The position numbers were made by a program, and so were the translations under genes. Under the pieces are notes generated by a model that was not told the origin of the DNA, made no database searches, and saw only the letters and a program-made list of their open reading frames with translations. From positions 112,410,391-112,474,390 of the forward strand of contig NC_068985.1 in assembly GCF_001194135.2 (NCBI RefSeq): a DNA stretch of 64,000 nt, read 5' to 3'. This document shows, one piece after another, positions 52,323-64,000 of this stretch. Each line of letters begins with the position of its first letter. Position 1 is the first letter of the stretch. Source of the stretch: Octopus bimaculoides (Eukaryota).

Positions 52323-52678
52323 TGGAGCACCGCCTTTAGTCGAGCAAATCGACCCCAGGACTTATTCTTTGGAAGCCTAGTACTTATTCTATCGATCTCT
52401 TTTGCCGAACCGCTAAGTTACGGGGACGTAAACACATCACCATCGGTTGTCAAGCAATGTTGGGGGGACAAACACAGACGCACAAACATATAGATATATA
52501 TATACACATATACACGACGGGCTTCTTTCAGTTTCCATCTACCAAATCCACTCACAAGGCTTTGGTCGGCCCGAGGCTATAGTAGAAGACACTTGCCCAA
52601 GGTGCCACGCAGTGGGAATGAACCTGGAACCATGTGGTTGGTAAGCAAGCTACTTACCACACAGCCACTCCTGTGCCT
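52323..52678 (-). mobile_element. SINE family A, near consensus
   Basis: Homologous to other copies; many CpGs retained. Confidence 0.85.
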
Positions 52679-52713
52679 GTTATGAAGAATTTTGTAAAAT
52701 AATTTTTTCATTA

Positions 52714-52915
52714 TTAACCCTTTAGCATTTAAACTGGCCATATCCAGCCAAAACATTTTTACCTGTGGCCAAATCTAGCCTCTCACACTTATCATAAACT
52801 GTCATTCTAAAAATATACAATCACATTATCAAAATCTCAAAGCTATGAGATAATGCATGATTAATTCAAAACAATGTGAATAAATAAGCATCACATCCGA
52901 ATGCTAAAGGATTAA
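52714..52915. mobile_element. piggyBac-like MITE, complete
   Basis: TTAA|CCCTTTAGCATT ... AATGCTAAAGGA|TTAA. Confidence 0.8.
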
Positions 52916-53327
52916 GCTAGTTTTGAAAACTAAAAGTAACATATAATTTGTATGGGAGAAGGTTTTAAATTAGATCACTTTAACCCTTTCACTACCATAT
53001 TTCTGTTAGTTTCAGTTGATTTGGTGAAAATAATGAAGTAAAATAACCTTGTCATTATTAATGCTTAAACGGTAGGGAAGAGTTGCATGTATGAGTGCCA
53101 AACAGGCAAAACACAAAACAATATCCCTATTCCTTAAGGGAAATTTTAGGTGCAGGAGTGGCTGTGTGGTAAGTAGCTTGCTTACCAACCACATGGTTCC
53201 GTGTTCAGTCCCACTGCATGGCACTTTGGGCAAGTGTCTTCTAATATAGCCTCAGGCTGACCAAAGCCTTGTGAGTGGATTTGGTAGACGGAAACTAAAG
53301 ACCGTCATATATATGTACATGTATATG

Positions 53328-53366
<39 letters not shown>

Positions 53367-54182
53367 NNNNNNNNNNNNNNNNNNNNNNNNNNNNNNNNNN
53401 NNNNNNNNNNNNNNNNNNNNNNNNNNNNNNNNNNNNNNNNNNNNNNNNNNNNNNNNNNNNNNNNNNNNNNNNNNNNNNNNNNNNNNNNNNNNNNNNNNNN
53501 NNNNNNNNNNNNNNNNNNNNNNNNNNNNNNNNNNNNNNNNNNNNNNNNNNNNNNNNNNNNNNNNNNNNNNNNNNNNNNNNNNNNNNNNNNNNNNNNNNNN
53601 NNNNNNNNNNNNNNNTGAAACAAGTAAAAAAGTAAAAGAGTATACATACTTTCACTTTAAGTAGAAAATCTATAATAATTGTCAGTCTCTTGCACAATAA
53701 AATTTATATTCACTTTCTTTTGATAAGGACTACATCCATGTAAAATCTTTCAAACATTAATTGATGATGTCCACTGTTTTCTAACAAAACATCAACTGAC
53801 ATGTGCTATTTAAGGGTTAAACTGGTGTTTGGAACATAAATTAACATGAAATTTTGATGGAAGGTTTTTAGATCACTGTAAAACAAGAATTTAGTTTATC
53901 ACAGAACCAAGAGTGGTTTTGGTGTGGGTTGGTTGGTTGGTTGGTATCAAAAGGGATAATGTAAAGCTCAAACATCCTTTGGCAGTAATTTACTAGGGAA
54001 ATTCTCCAGCCTCATTAATTGACAAATAATGTAGAGAAGAGGTATTCAACTGGGGTCCATATTAGATTTAGTTATTAAAAATTATGTGCAATAAATCAGT
54101 TATAGTCCAACATTACACAAAATATTTTAATGTTTTCCTTATTTTTAACTTGAAGATTTTTAACTGAATGTATCAGCCACAG

Positions 54183-54490
54183 TGGAGGCGCAATGGCCCA
54201 GTGATTAGGGCAGCGGACTCGCGGTCATAAGATCGCGGTTTTGATTCCCAGACCGGGCGTTGTGAGTGTTTATTGAGCGAAAACACCTAAAGTTCCACGA
54301 GGCCCCTTACTTCCTGTTTCTGTTGTACCTGTAATTTAAAGAGTCAGCCTTGTCACACTCTGTGTCACGCTGAATATCGCCAGAGAACTACGTTAAGGGT
54401 ACACGTGTCTGTGGAGTGCTCAGCCATTTGCACGTTAATTTCACGAGCAGGCTGTTCCGTTGATCGGATCAACTGAAACTCTCGGCGTTG
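54183..54490 (+). mobile_element. SINE family C with internal deletion
   Basis: TGGAGGCGCAATGGCCCAGTG...; lacks the ~60-bp ggctccggcagggg...ctctcact segment present in the other copies. Confidence 0.85.
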
Positions 54491-57125
54491 NNNNNNNNNN
54501 NNNNNNNNNNNNNNNNNNNNNNNNNNNNNNNNNNNNNNNNNNNNNNNNNNNNNNNNNNNNNNNNNNNNNNNNNNNNNNNNNNNNNNNNNNNNNNNNNNNN
54601 NNNNNNNNNNNNNNNNNNNNNNNNNNNNNNNNNNNNNNNNNNNNNNNNNNNNNNNNNNNNNNNNNNNNNNNNNNNNNNNNNNNNNNNNNNNNNNNNNNNN
54701 NNNNNNNNNNNNNNNNNNNNNNNNNNNNNNNNNNNNNNNNNNNNNNNNNNNNNNNNNNNNNNNNNNNNNNNNNNNNNNNNNNNNNNNNNNNNNNNNNNNN
54801 NNNNNNNNNNNNNNNNNNNNNNNNNNNNNNNNNNNNNNNNNNNNNNNNNNNNNNNNNNNNNNNNNNNNNNNNNNNNNNNNNNNNNNNNNNNNNNNNNNNN
54901 NNNNNNNNNNNNNNNNNNNNNNNNNNNNNNNNNNNNNNNNNNNNNNNNNNNNNNNNNNNNNNNNNNNNNNNNNNNNNNNNNNNNNNNNNNNNNNNNNNNN
55001 NNNNNNNNNNNNNNNNNNNNNNNNNNNNNNNNNNNNNNNNNNNNNNNNNNNNNNNNNNNNNNNNNNNNNNNNNNNNNNNNNNNNNNNNNNNNNNNNNNNN
55101 NNTTTCAGTTTCCATCAACCAAATCCACTGACAAGGCTTTGGTCAAGTGTCTTCTATAGCAGAAGACACTTGCCTAAGACTGGGATTTTTTAAAACATCA
55201 AATGACTATGAGAATCCAGTAGAGTAATATGGGAATCAAAGGGCCCCATAGGCATATATATATATATATATATATATGTGTATATATATGATGGGCTTCT
55301 TTCAGTTTCTGTCTACCAAATCCACTCACAAAGCTTCAGTTGGCCCGAGGCTATAGTAGAAGACACTGACCCAAGGTGTCACGCAGTAGGACTGAACCAG
55401 GAACAATGTGGTTGGTAAGCAAGCTACTTACCACACAGTCACTCCTCTGCCTGTAGCCACTCTAAAAATATTCATCACCACTTAAACGGAACAAACTATA
55501 CTGTCATTACTACCACGAGAGACACTTTCATATGAGCTTTTTGGTACAAAATGCACTCATTTTCTAACAACTTGGCCAACTTGTTGCCTTAAACTTGTGA
55601 AATATTTATAAGAGGAAAACCATGGCAAGAGAATTTTATTCTTTGGCGGAAATTAAAATAAGAAAAAGCTGAAGAATTCATTTACCAATTAATTCCACTT
55701 GGCAAAACAATCAATGCCAAACGATGAAATTAAATGTCAACTTCAGTTTAAAACCAGGAATTCTGTTTCTTTACTTTACAAACAAAATATAAAAATATAC
55801 ACGAAAAACAAATAAATGCTTTTTGGTGCTTCTAGTGACTTCTGTTAAGACAGATTTTGGTTTTTATTTATCAACAGACATTTCAAAGACTGTTTTGGTG
55901 TTATTTATTAACAGACACAACAAAGTGTGGTTTTTTTTTAGTTTATTTTTATTTTAACAATCCTTTATACCAACCAATCACAAACAAATAAAGGTTATGC
56001 ATGGTTTTTTCTTTATGCTAGAAATGGCAGTCAAATCTCTTTCGAATCGCATTTTGGTTATTTAAGACACAACAGAGAATGTTTGGTTTTTGTTTTGTTG
56101 TTCTTTTTTTCTTTTTTTAGCAGTTAATTGTATTAAACACTATACCATACTGAAGCAAATTGTAAAGGCTCAACATGCAAGAAATAGCAGTCAAGTCTCC
56201 TTCCAATCATATTTTGGTTGTCATTTATTTACAGATAAAACTTTCTCAGAAGTTCCATATACCAACCATTCATAAACAGATAGACTGTGTGGGCATTCGT
56301 CATGCTAGTAATAGCAGTCAAATCTCCTCCTAATCACATTTTGATATTGTTTACTAAGAACCACAACAAAAAGCATGTTCTTTTTTTTGTTTGCAGGAGG
56401 GAGTTCCTTATACCAACCACTATATCGTTCCCAAATGCATTATAAAAGCTCTATGTGGTCACTTGGACATACTAAAAACAGTCATTAGATTGTGGCCATG
56501 CTGGGGCACTGTCTTGAAGAATTTTAGTCGTAAGAATCAACCCCGGTACTTATTTTCATTTTTAAGCCTGACACTTATTCAATTGGTCTCTTTTACTGAA
56601 CTGCCAAGTTACAAGGATGTAAACACACCAACACTGGTTACCAAGCAGTGGTGGGATACAAAACACACACACACACACACACGACAGGCTTTTTTCAGTT
56701 TCCATCAGCCAAATCCACTCACAAGGCTTTGGTTGGCCTGAGGGTATAGTAGAAGATACTCACCCAAGGTGCCATGCAGGGGATCTGAACCCACAACTAT
56801 GTGGTTGGGAAGCAAACTTCTTACCACATAGCAACACCTGTGTCTACATTCCTGTAATTTAGCAGTTCAGCAAAAGTGATTGATAGTATAAGTGTCAGAC
56901 TTAAAATATAAATACTGGAGTTGATTTGTTTGACTAAATCCTTCAAGGTAGTACCCCAGCATGGCCACAGTCCAATAACTGAAACAAGTAAAAGATGATA
57001 GCTGCTGCTGCCACCATTATCATAATTATTTAATATCCGTTTTTCACATGCTGGCATGTGATAAAAAAATATATAATTGTTGATCCCATGACCATCACTG
57101 TTGAAAACAAGTAACAGCCACCTAC

Positions 57126-57223
57126 CTTTGTTGTCTTTAAGAGTGACATCAATTCCAGTTTGCAGGAGTAGGTTTAAAACCTCCGTGTTGCCCATAAGTG
57201 CAGCATGATGTAGATATGATACT
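57126..57223 (-). CDS. CASKIN: Caskin-like ankyrin-repeat adaptor, internal coding exon A (98 nt)
   Basis: Acceptor tttctactttcag|A, donor AAAG|gtaggt. Encodes (G)VSYLHHAALMGNTEVLNLLLQTGIDVTLKDNK(G), an ankyrin repeat matching CASKIN1 [34 protein letters not shown] (recalled, not aligned). Its phase-1 end joins the 18323 exon in frame. Confidence 0.93.
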
Positions 57224-57659
57224 CTGAAAGTAGAAAGACAGGCAAAATAAATGTCATTTCAAATTTTGACACAAGGTCAGCAATTTTCAGGGGGTCAGGG
57301 TACAAGTCAATTACATCAACCCCCAGTCGTTGACCAGTATTTTACATTATTGACCCCTAAAATGATGAAAAGCAAAGTTGACCTCTGTGGAATTTAAACT
57401 CAGAATGTAGGGTCAGAAGAAATTTTGATAAGTATTTCATCGAGGTTAGTAACAATTCTGTTAGCTTGCTGCCTTAATCCTCTACAAGGGTTCTCAAACC
57501 ATTTTTTATCTATGGAACCCTTTGATTATCATTTTATTCTGGTGGACCTCCATAACCATTCAGTCGACCCCGGCGGAATTTGAGCTCAGAATGGGCGAAA
57601 TGCCACTAAGCATTTTCCCCAGCATGCCGCCTTAGATTGTGGTTAATAATAACAACCAA

Positions 57660-58208
57660 CATCATCCTGAACAGAGAGAAAGAAACATGATGAAGTGGAC
57701 ACCTTCAAGTACCTAGCAAGGTAGAGCAAGCTTGGTTTGATCTCTGCTGCCATGACAAGGTTGAACACCATATAGAAAAGCAATTCCATTAGTTTTCTAA
57801 CAAGATTCAAGGTGTATAAGCCCCTGGTGATTTTACTCCTTCTGTATGGTTTTAAGAGCTGGACTCTAAACAGCTGACATATAACAAAGAATCCAGGTAT
57901 TTGAGCACAAGTGCTTTGAAAGGCTGCTGTGCATCCAGTATACAGAACACCAAATGAATAGCTTCGTCAGGCAGCAAGTCAACAAATACGCAGGTAGATA
58001 GGAGTGCAAGTAAAAGGATGAAAGTTTGCCAGGTATGATCACATGACCTGCCACAACTCCCTGTTGAAAACCATCCCTGAGGACAGAGTGAGGAAGGATG
58101 AAGGAGAAACAGATAGAAAATCATGGCCTGATAACATCAAGGACTGGACACATCACAACACAGAAACCTTCCTACATATGGTAGAAAACAGGGACCAGTG
58201 GCAACCCT
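57660..58208 (+). mobile_element. RTE-clade LINE 3' ORF remnant
   Basis: Broken translation EVDTFKYL...AMTRLNTI*KSNSISF..RFKVYKPLVI..LLYG.KSWTL...IQVFEHKCFERLL...RKSWPDNIKDWT...ENRDQW, the typical RTE post-RT region. Confidence 0.8.
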
Positions 58209-58361
58209 AAAAGTCGTCGTGTGAATTTGTGTACCTATGTGCGTTATGTTTAACTCTGTGTGCACGCATGCGTGTGTGTGTATATGTGTGCGCGCATATT
58301 CTAAACAAAGTTGATTTAGTAGGTTGCTTTTGTTTCTTATCTTCAACATGAAATGCTTCGG

Positions 58362-58401
<40 letters not shown>

Positions 58402-58568
58402 GAAATAAATCAACTGCATTTTATGATCAGTACCATTACTATCGATTGCTGATGACTTTTACCGATTATTTATGATTATTTGTTTACCTTTCACATTCTA
58501 TTCAATATAACACGCCAGACAAATTACTTTTCGATTACCATATATTGTCCATATATAAATATATGCAT

Positions 58569-58604
<36 letters not shown>

Positions 58605-59253
58605 GATTATAAAAACACATGGAAATGACAATGAAATCCTATTATTCCTTTATATTTATATAACATGTAAATGCGATATAGAATAATTATGTATACATAT
58701 ATATACAAACATATGTATATGACAGAAATACAATGTATAGGGTGTACTGTTTTGGAATGGTGAATCTCAAAGCTGTAAAAGCTATAAATGACCTTTTCTA
58801 CTGTAGGCACAAGGCCTGAAATTTGGGGGGGGGGGGGTAGTCGATAATACTGACCCAGCCCCACTCCCCAGTGTTCAACTGGTACTTAATTTATTGATCC
58901 TGATGAAAGGCAAAGTTGGCCTTGGTGGAAGTTGAACACAGAACATCAAGGCAGACAAAATGCCGTAAACATTTCACCTGTCGTGCTTATGATTCTGCCA
59001 GCTTACCACCTTAGAAAAATCTATAAATAATAGTGTGTAAATATTGGGTTAAAGAAATCCTTTGGATACAAAAAGTTGATGGCTGTCCGTGGGACTCAAG
59101 CCACATTGTGCATGTGACACACATACATGCATCTAATATGAAAACAATGCATATAATAACGTACGTATTATTTACAGAGAAACATAATAATTACGGAGAT
59201 GTACTTGCATAGCAAGTGACCTGATCTGAGATCGTCTGCTGGAACGAAAACAA

Positions 59254-59493
59254 TTGCAGCGTGAAAGGTGTTTATAAGCCATTTAAAATAACACACAAAA
59301 ACCAGTTAGAGTCACTTCAACATTTAAATTTAATTTGTCAAAATATTTTCGTCGCTTTGAGACCGCAACCTGTTCACTGACAAAATTCTCAAAGCACGAA
59401 AATATTTTGACAAATTAAATTTAAATGTTGAAGTGAATCTAACCGTTTTTGTGTGTTATTTTAAATGGCTTATAAACACCTTCCACACTGCAA
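59254..59493. repeat. Fold-back with ~108-bp arms and a short spacer (Penelope-terminus type)
   Basis: ttgcagcgtgaaaggtgtttataagcc...ttcgtcgctttgaga is mirrored by tctcaaagcacgaaaat...accttccacactgcaa. Confidence 0.9.
59334..59384 (-). ncRNA. Minimal hammerhead motif with G3-C8 compensatory core
   Basis: UUUGUCA-GUGAACA-g-GUUGC-ggucucaaa-GCGAC-GAAA-AUAU-UU|UGACAAA; 7-bp stem I, 5-bp stem II, palindromic AAUAUU stem III. Confidence 0.6.
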
Positions 59494-59795
59494 CATAATA
59501 ATTGATATATAAAAAAGAGATTCGGGAATGTGTCTTCTTTATCTTTGAGCCTCTTTCGTCCTAGTTTCTTCTTGGTGAACAATCCATCGCCCTTCCTTCT
59601 GTATATTATGTATGGATGCTCTCATCATTCAAATATACGAACATTACAGCTGTGTACGTCAGATGCTATTTCAGAAATGCTTAATTTAGTACTATAAGAT
59701 ATAGAAAAAATAAGGGCTTGTAGTCATAGAGCAGTACAGGACCTCTTCTCTGGCTCACAGAAATCTAGAACACTATGCAGTAATACTGTACCCAG

Positions 59796-59936
59796 GCAGT
59801 TTTCTTTACTTTTCTAAGCAGTTTTCTTTAATTTCTTAAGCAGTTTTCTTTAATTTCTTAAGCAGTTTTCTTTAATTTCCTAAGCAGTTTTCCGTACTTT
59901 TCTAAGTATTAAAAGCAGTTTTCTTTACTTTTCATC
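59796..59936. repeat. 22-bp minisatellite, 5 units plus 1 displaced unit
   Basis: Unit gcagttttctttaatttcttaa. Confidence 0.9.
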
Positions 59937-60959
59937 TAATAAACATTATACCATAGATATGGTACGATATGATATATTCTAAGAATTTTAGGTGGATTAA
60001 TTAATATCAAACACACCCTGATTTGGAAGGGTATTAATTTGAATCTGTTAAATTCAATTTAGTTCTTTGCTTATAATTCACGAATTTGGGACACTTCCAG
60101 TCTCAAGCTTGCCGGATAATTGGTCTGGTAGCGTACTACGAAAATAGGGGATTGTAAACATGGAATAATGGGATTTCACTTCCAGTGCAATTTACTTTCA
60201 CTTTTTCTAGAAGACTAAACTGAATGTTGATGTGAGGGAAATGATGGTGCAAGGACTGTTGGAATGTTTTTGATTATAGCTCTGCTTGATTAGGGCAACA
60301 CATCTAGGATTATATTGACCAAGGTAGGGGAAAATTCGAGTTAACTTGGTAGCTATTTCTTGCAGGCTGAGCGTCTATGTAGAAACTCTGTAGTTGAAGC
60401 ATGTGCGCAGATAGTGGAGTAATGTAATGATTGGCTTTTTATCGTCAAATGTTTTTAAATGTCATTTATATACGTGTGTGTATTTATGGTTAGGTATGTG
60501 TGTGTGAGTATGTGGTATGTATGTGTACAAGTATGTGTGTATACATGTATGTATATATGTGAGCATGTAATGTACTGGAAGCTATAAACACAGATTTAAA
60601 CAGTTTTACAAGTGTTTGAAGGAGAGAGAGAAGGACAACTTGACCTTCAATTGTCAGCAAATACGAGACGGAGGTGGCATTATTAAAACATGGTGACATT
60701 GGAAGGCAAATATTACGACAGAGTTGACCTTAATTGACACCCAACTACTGTTAAACATTGTTAAATAACAGTGGACTGTTTTCTAAATGATTCATACATT
60801 GAATTAACCAACAAAATTATAAGAATGTGATAGGTGAGGACAGGTATTTATTCAAATCTAAACTGCTATCAGATCAGCTCTTTTTATAAAAAGATTTTGC
60901 CAAATTATGTGAACTCAAAATGCAATGGAGTTTCTGGTTACAGATAAGTTATTATTATC

Positions 60960-61880
60960 ATTATTTCAAATTCTGCTAAGGTCGACTTTGCCCTTCGTTC
61001 TTTCAGGATTGATAAATTAAGTACCAGTGAAACACTGGGGTCGATGTAAATTCCAGGCCTTGTGCCTACAGTAGAAAGGATTATTATTATTATTGTTGTT
61101 GTTGTTGTTATTATTATTATTAAGGTGACAAGCTGGCAGAACCGTTAGCATGCCAAGCAAAATGCTGAGTGGTATTTTGTCCGTGTGAACGTCTGAGTTC
61201 AAATTCTGCTAAGGTCGACATTGCCTTTCATCCTTTCAAGGTCGATAAAATAAACACCAGTGAAACACTGGGGTCGATGTAATTGATTTAATCCCCTCCC
61301 CCAAAAATGTTCAGCCCTTGTGCCTTTAGTAGAAAGGATTAGCACACCGAGCAAAATGTTTAGTAGCATTTCGTCCATCTTTACGTTCTGAGTTCAAATT
61401 CAGCCAAGGTCGACTTTGCCTTTCATCCCAAAATTTCAGGCCTTGTGCCTACAGTAGAAAGGATTATTATTATTATTAAGGCGGCGAACTGGCAGAACCG
61501 TCAGAACGCTGGACTAAATGCACAGGGGTATCTCTTCTGGCCTTACATTCTAAGCATCTCCTCAGGGTTGATGAAAGTATGCACCAGTTCAGCAATGGGG
61601 TTGATGAAATCAACTATTCCTCTTCCCCAAAATTTCAAACCTTGTGCGTTTACTAAAAAGGATCTTATTGAAGCGACGAGGTGGCGCAATTGTTTAAGCG
61701 TCGGACAATAAGCTCAGCGTCATTTCCTCCAGTTTTATGTTCTAAGTTCAAATTCCGCCGAGGTCGACTTCACCTTTTATCCTTTTGAGATCAATAAAAT
61801 AAGTACCAGTCAAAGACTAGGGTCGGTGTAATTGCCTTAGTCCTCCCCACAAAATTCCTGGCCTTGTGCCAAAATAAGAA
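60960..61880 (+). mobile_element. Head-to-tail array of family B SINE copies with (ATT)n spacers
   Basis: Repeating aaattctgctaaggtcgac...gcctttcatcc...ggccttgtgcct..agtagaaaggattatt units. Confidence 0.8.
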
Positions 61881-61899
61881 TTATTATTATTATTATTAT

Positions 61900-62215
61900 C
61901 TTCTTTCGATCGTGTTTCCACTTCTTACCGAGTGTTTTCCCAGCACCCAGGGCAAAGAAACTCGCTGTATACATTGGTCGGACATTAAAATAAACACACC
62001 AGGTTGTTGAAAAAGTTAAGAAAGGCAGAAGAAAGGAAATAAAGAAAATGAGCAAAGAACATAAGGGGCGGGGTGAAAGAAAATTTACAGAGGGCAATGC
62101 TTTTCTCAATACGTGCGACGTGCCAGTTAAGACAAGTTTTTGCACCTCTTGTATGGATGGTAATCCAGGGATCATCCTAAAATAATTTTCAGTTCCCTTT
62201 TTGACCATTTTTTGA
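61900..62215 (-). mobile_element. 3' end of an RLE-type (R4/Dong-like) LINE
   Basis: MVKKGTENYFRMIPGLPSIQEVQKLVLTGTSHVLRKAL fits the conserved RLE-LINE ORF terminus (GxxKKG...IPG.PS..EIQK..LLGTAHILRK); 3' UTR runs into (TAA)n. Confidence 0.8.
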
Positions 62216-62239
62216 TCATGTTTTTTTTTTAAATGTAGA

Positions 62240-62518
62240 ACAAATATGTCTTACGAAACAAAAAGAGAAACTACAAGAGAACACCAAATTGCTTGTCCTA
62301 TGGTTAATATGGAAGCGTGTTCCCCAGAAGAGTGCCGGCCTGGAGTTGAAAAGTGATCCACCGACACGTAATCTTCACTGAATACGAATCTGGACGGCCA
62401 CTTGAACGGAAACTGCCCCAACTCAAGCCCACCAAACTCACTGCCGCACCCACCACTGAAAGAAAAATTTAAGAGGATCAAATGAACCCAAGAAGAGTAT
62501 GAAGAAGCATTATACACT
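62240..62518 (+). mobile_element. Probable 5'/N-terminal fragment of an R4/Dong-like LINE, inverted relative to the adjacent 3' end
   Basis: Ends KEKFKRIK*TQEEYEEALY, resembling the KWTREEY..V N-terminal motif of such ORFs (recalled); CpG-rich. Confidence 0.45.
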
Positions 62519-62540
62519 TATTATTATTATTATTATTATT

Positions 62541-63057
62541 GAGTAAGAGAGCAGTGCATGCCATCAAGGTGACACTGGGGTGAAATATACGAAGCCTATT
62601 ATACCCATCATGACTACCCGTCTGATAAGGGTACACCAGACACATGCATCACAACCATATGTGCGCAACATGGTGATCTCATACCAAGATAAACAGCGCA
62701 TGCCCTCACAGGTGGGACCCAGTTTAAATTCTCTTCAGGTCGAGTAGCCCATCCTGCTCAAAAGGTCCCTGAATAAGGTTTGTTTAAGGATGTTGAGCAA
62801 AACACCCACGTTTCCAAAGGTAAATTATTCAAACCCCAAAGAATTCCTCTCAACACATGGCTATGATGCTCCCCCACTACTTCTGTTCGTGATCAGAGAT
62901 GCACATATCGTCAGCCACCAAGGGATATACTCAACTGGTTATGGTCAAACAACTGACAAGCAAATCTGTGGTATTAAGAATATTTGCTGTAGCCCATCTT
63001 TTATACCAAGACAAAACAATGTACATGATAATACTTCCACTCAATTAAGATCAGAAG
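62541..63057. mobile_element. Family E element, longer copy, between two (ATT)n tracts
   Basis: Homologous to 44085-44515 plus ~80 bp extra at the right end. Confidence 0.8.
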
Positions 63058-64000
63058 CCATGAGAGCTATATTATTATTATTATTATTATTATTATCATT
63101 ATTATTATTAAGGTGGGGAGCTGGCAGAATTGCTAGCATGTGGACAGAACGTTTAGCTACATTTCTTCTGGGTTTTATGTACTGAATTCAAATGCAACAG
63201 CACAGCATTACACCCAATCAGGCATTCTGCTCGCTGAACTACACCTGGCAACTAGACTACATGATCAAGCGATTTTCTTTCATCTATTTATATAAAAGGA
63301 TTAAAAAACGCAAACTTGGAAATTAACCCCCTGCAGATTCCTAGGCTTTTAATTCACCGCTTTCACCCCGGGGTCTTAATAGATCACTTTGGGAAGCCCT
63401 GTTCTAGATAAACTGTATCAGTTGAGTGCGATTTTGTGAGCAAATTTTAGCACAGCTAATTCTTGGCAAATTTTAGCATGGCTATTTCTATTTTGTGACG
63501 TCGTAGGAAAGATATTCAGAGCAACATAGTTAAGTGGTCTCTAAGGTAACTTTGTACGGAGCACAAACGAATTATGTATTCTATAATACAAGTATAAAGC
63601 TCGACCAGACGATGACTAATATAAATCCATTGGATATGTTTTGACAAGTTTCTCTCTTGAATGTGACTGAATAAGCAAACTTTGTTCTGAAGCAGTAAGA
63701 GGCAGATGTTAAAAACGAATTACACAAAGCTTTGAAATGAAAACTATTTGTCTTTATAGCTTGTTTTATCACGTCTAAGGGCAGTGCAGCCCGAAATACC
63801 GATAGATTACAAATGAATGTCAAATAATAATAATAATATAAATTCCTGCATTGTTAAACGGTTTCTTCATTTTACATCAAGGCATAATAAAGTTAAATGC
63901 AAAATTACCTTATTTGTAAGTGCTTTATTTATTTAATCATTACGTTACGGAAATGTACACAAATCAGCAAGGGTTGCCAAGCGGTGTGTGTGTGGTCCGG

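Noticed and set aside
59796-59936. CRISPR-like array
   Set aside because: Contiguous 22-bp units with no unique spacers in eukaryotic DNA; an ordinary minisatellite.
57224-64000. Upstream Caskin exon ending ...DxD-GG|gt
   Set aside because: No segment encoding an NxNxQD-like motif with a phase-2 donor was found; the acccatc matches fall in family E.

Overview
AT-rich, microsatellite-dense draft eukaryotic genomic DNA with 16 N-gaps. The repeat landscape is typical of an octopus (coleoid cephalopod); the species is inferred, not shown by the sequence. The only host coding sequence is four minus-strand GT-AG exons (57223-57126, 18323-18178, 10764-10669, 6591-6461; 98+146+96+131 nt) that splice in frame into the ankyrin-repeat N-terminal region of a Caskin-like adaptor. 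The flanking exons were not found in the window. The rest is intron, filled with several tRNA-derived SINE families, hAT-, piggyBac- and Helentron-like MITEs, RTE and R4/Dong-like LINE fragments and Penelope-derived fold-back elements. The most interesting signals are: (i) minimal hammerhead-ribozyme motifs in the Penelope-type fold-backs, including one whose core reads GUGAACA, a compensatory G3-C8 swap of the C3-G8 pair; (ii) a repeated composite of tRNA-like Pol III head, (AAT)n and hammerhead-bearing terminus inside long inverted arms, one copy retaining a GIY-YIG endonuclease remnant; (iii) a 596-bp fold-back MITE with a mirrored (CCCTAA)n/(TTAGGG)n palindrome at its centre. Nearly all ORFs in the supplied track are microsatellite, SINE or gap artefacts.
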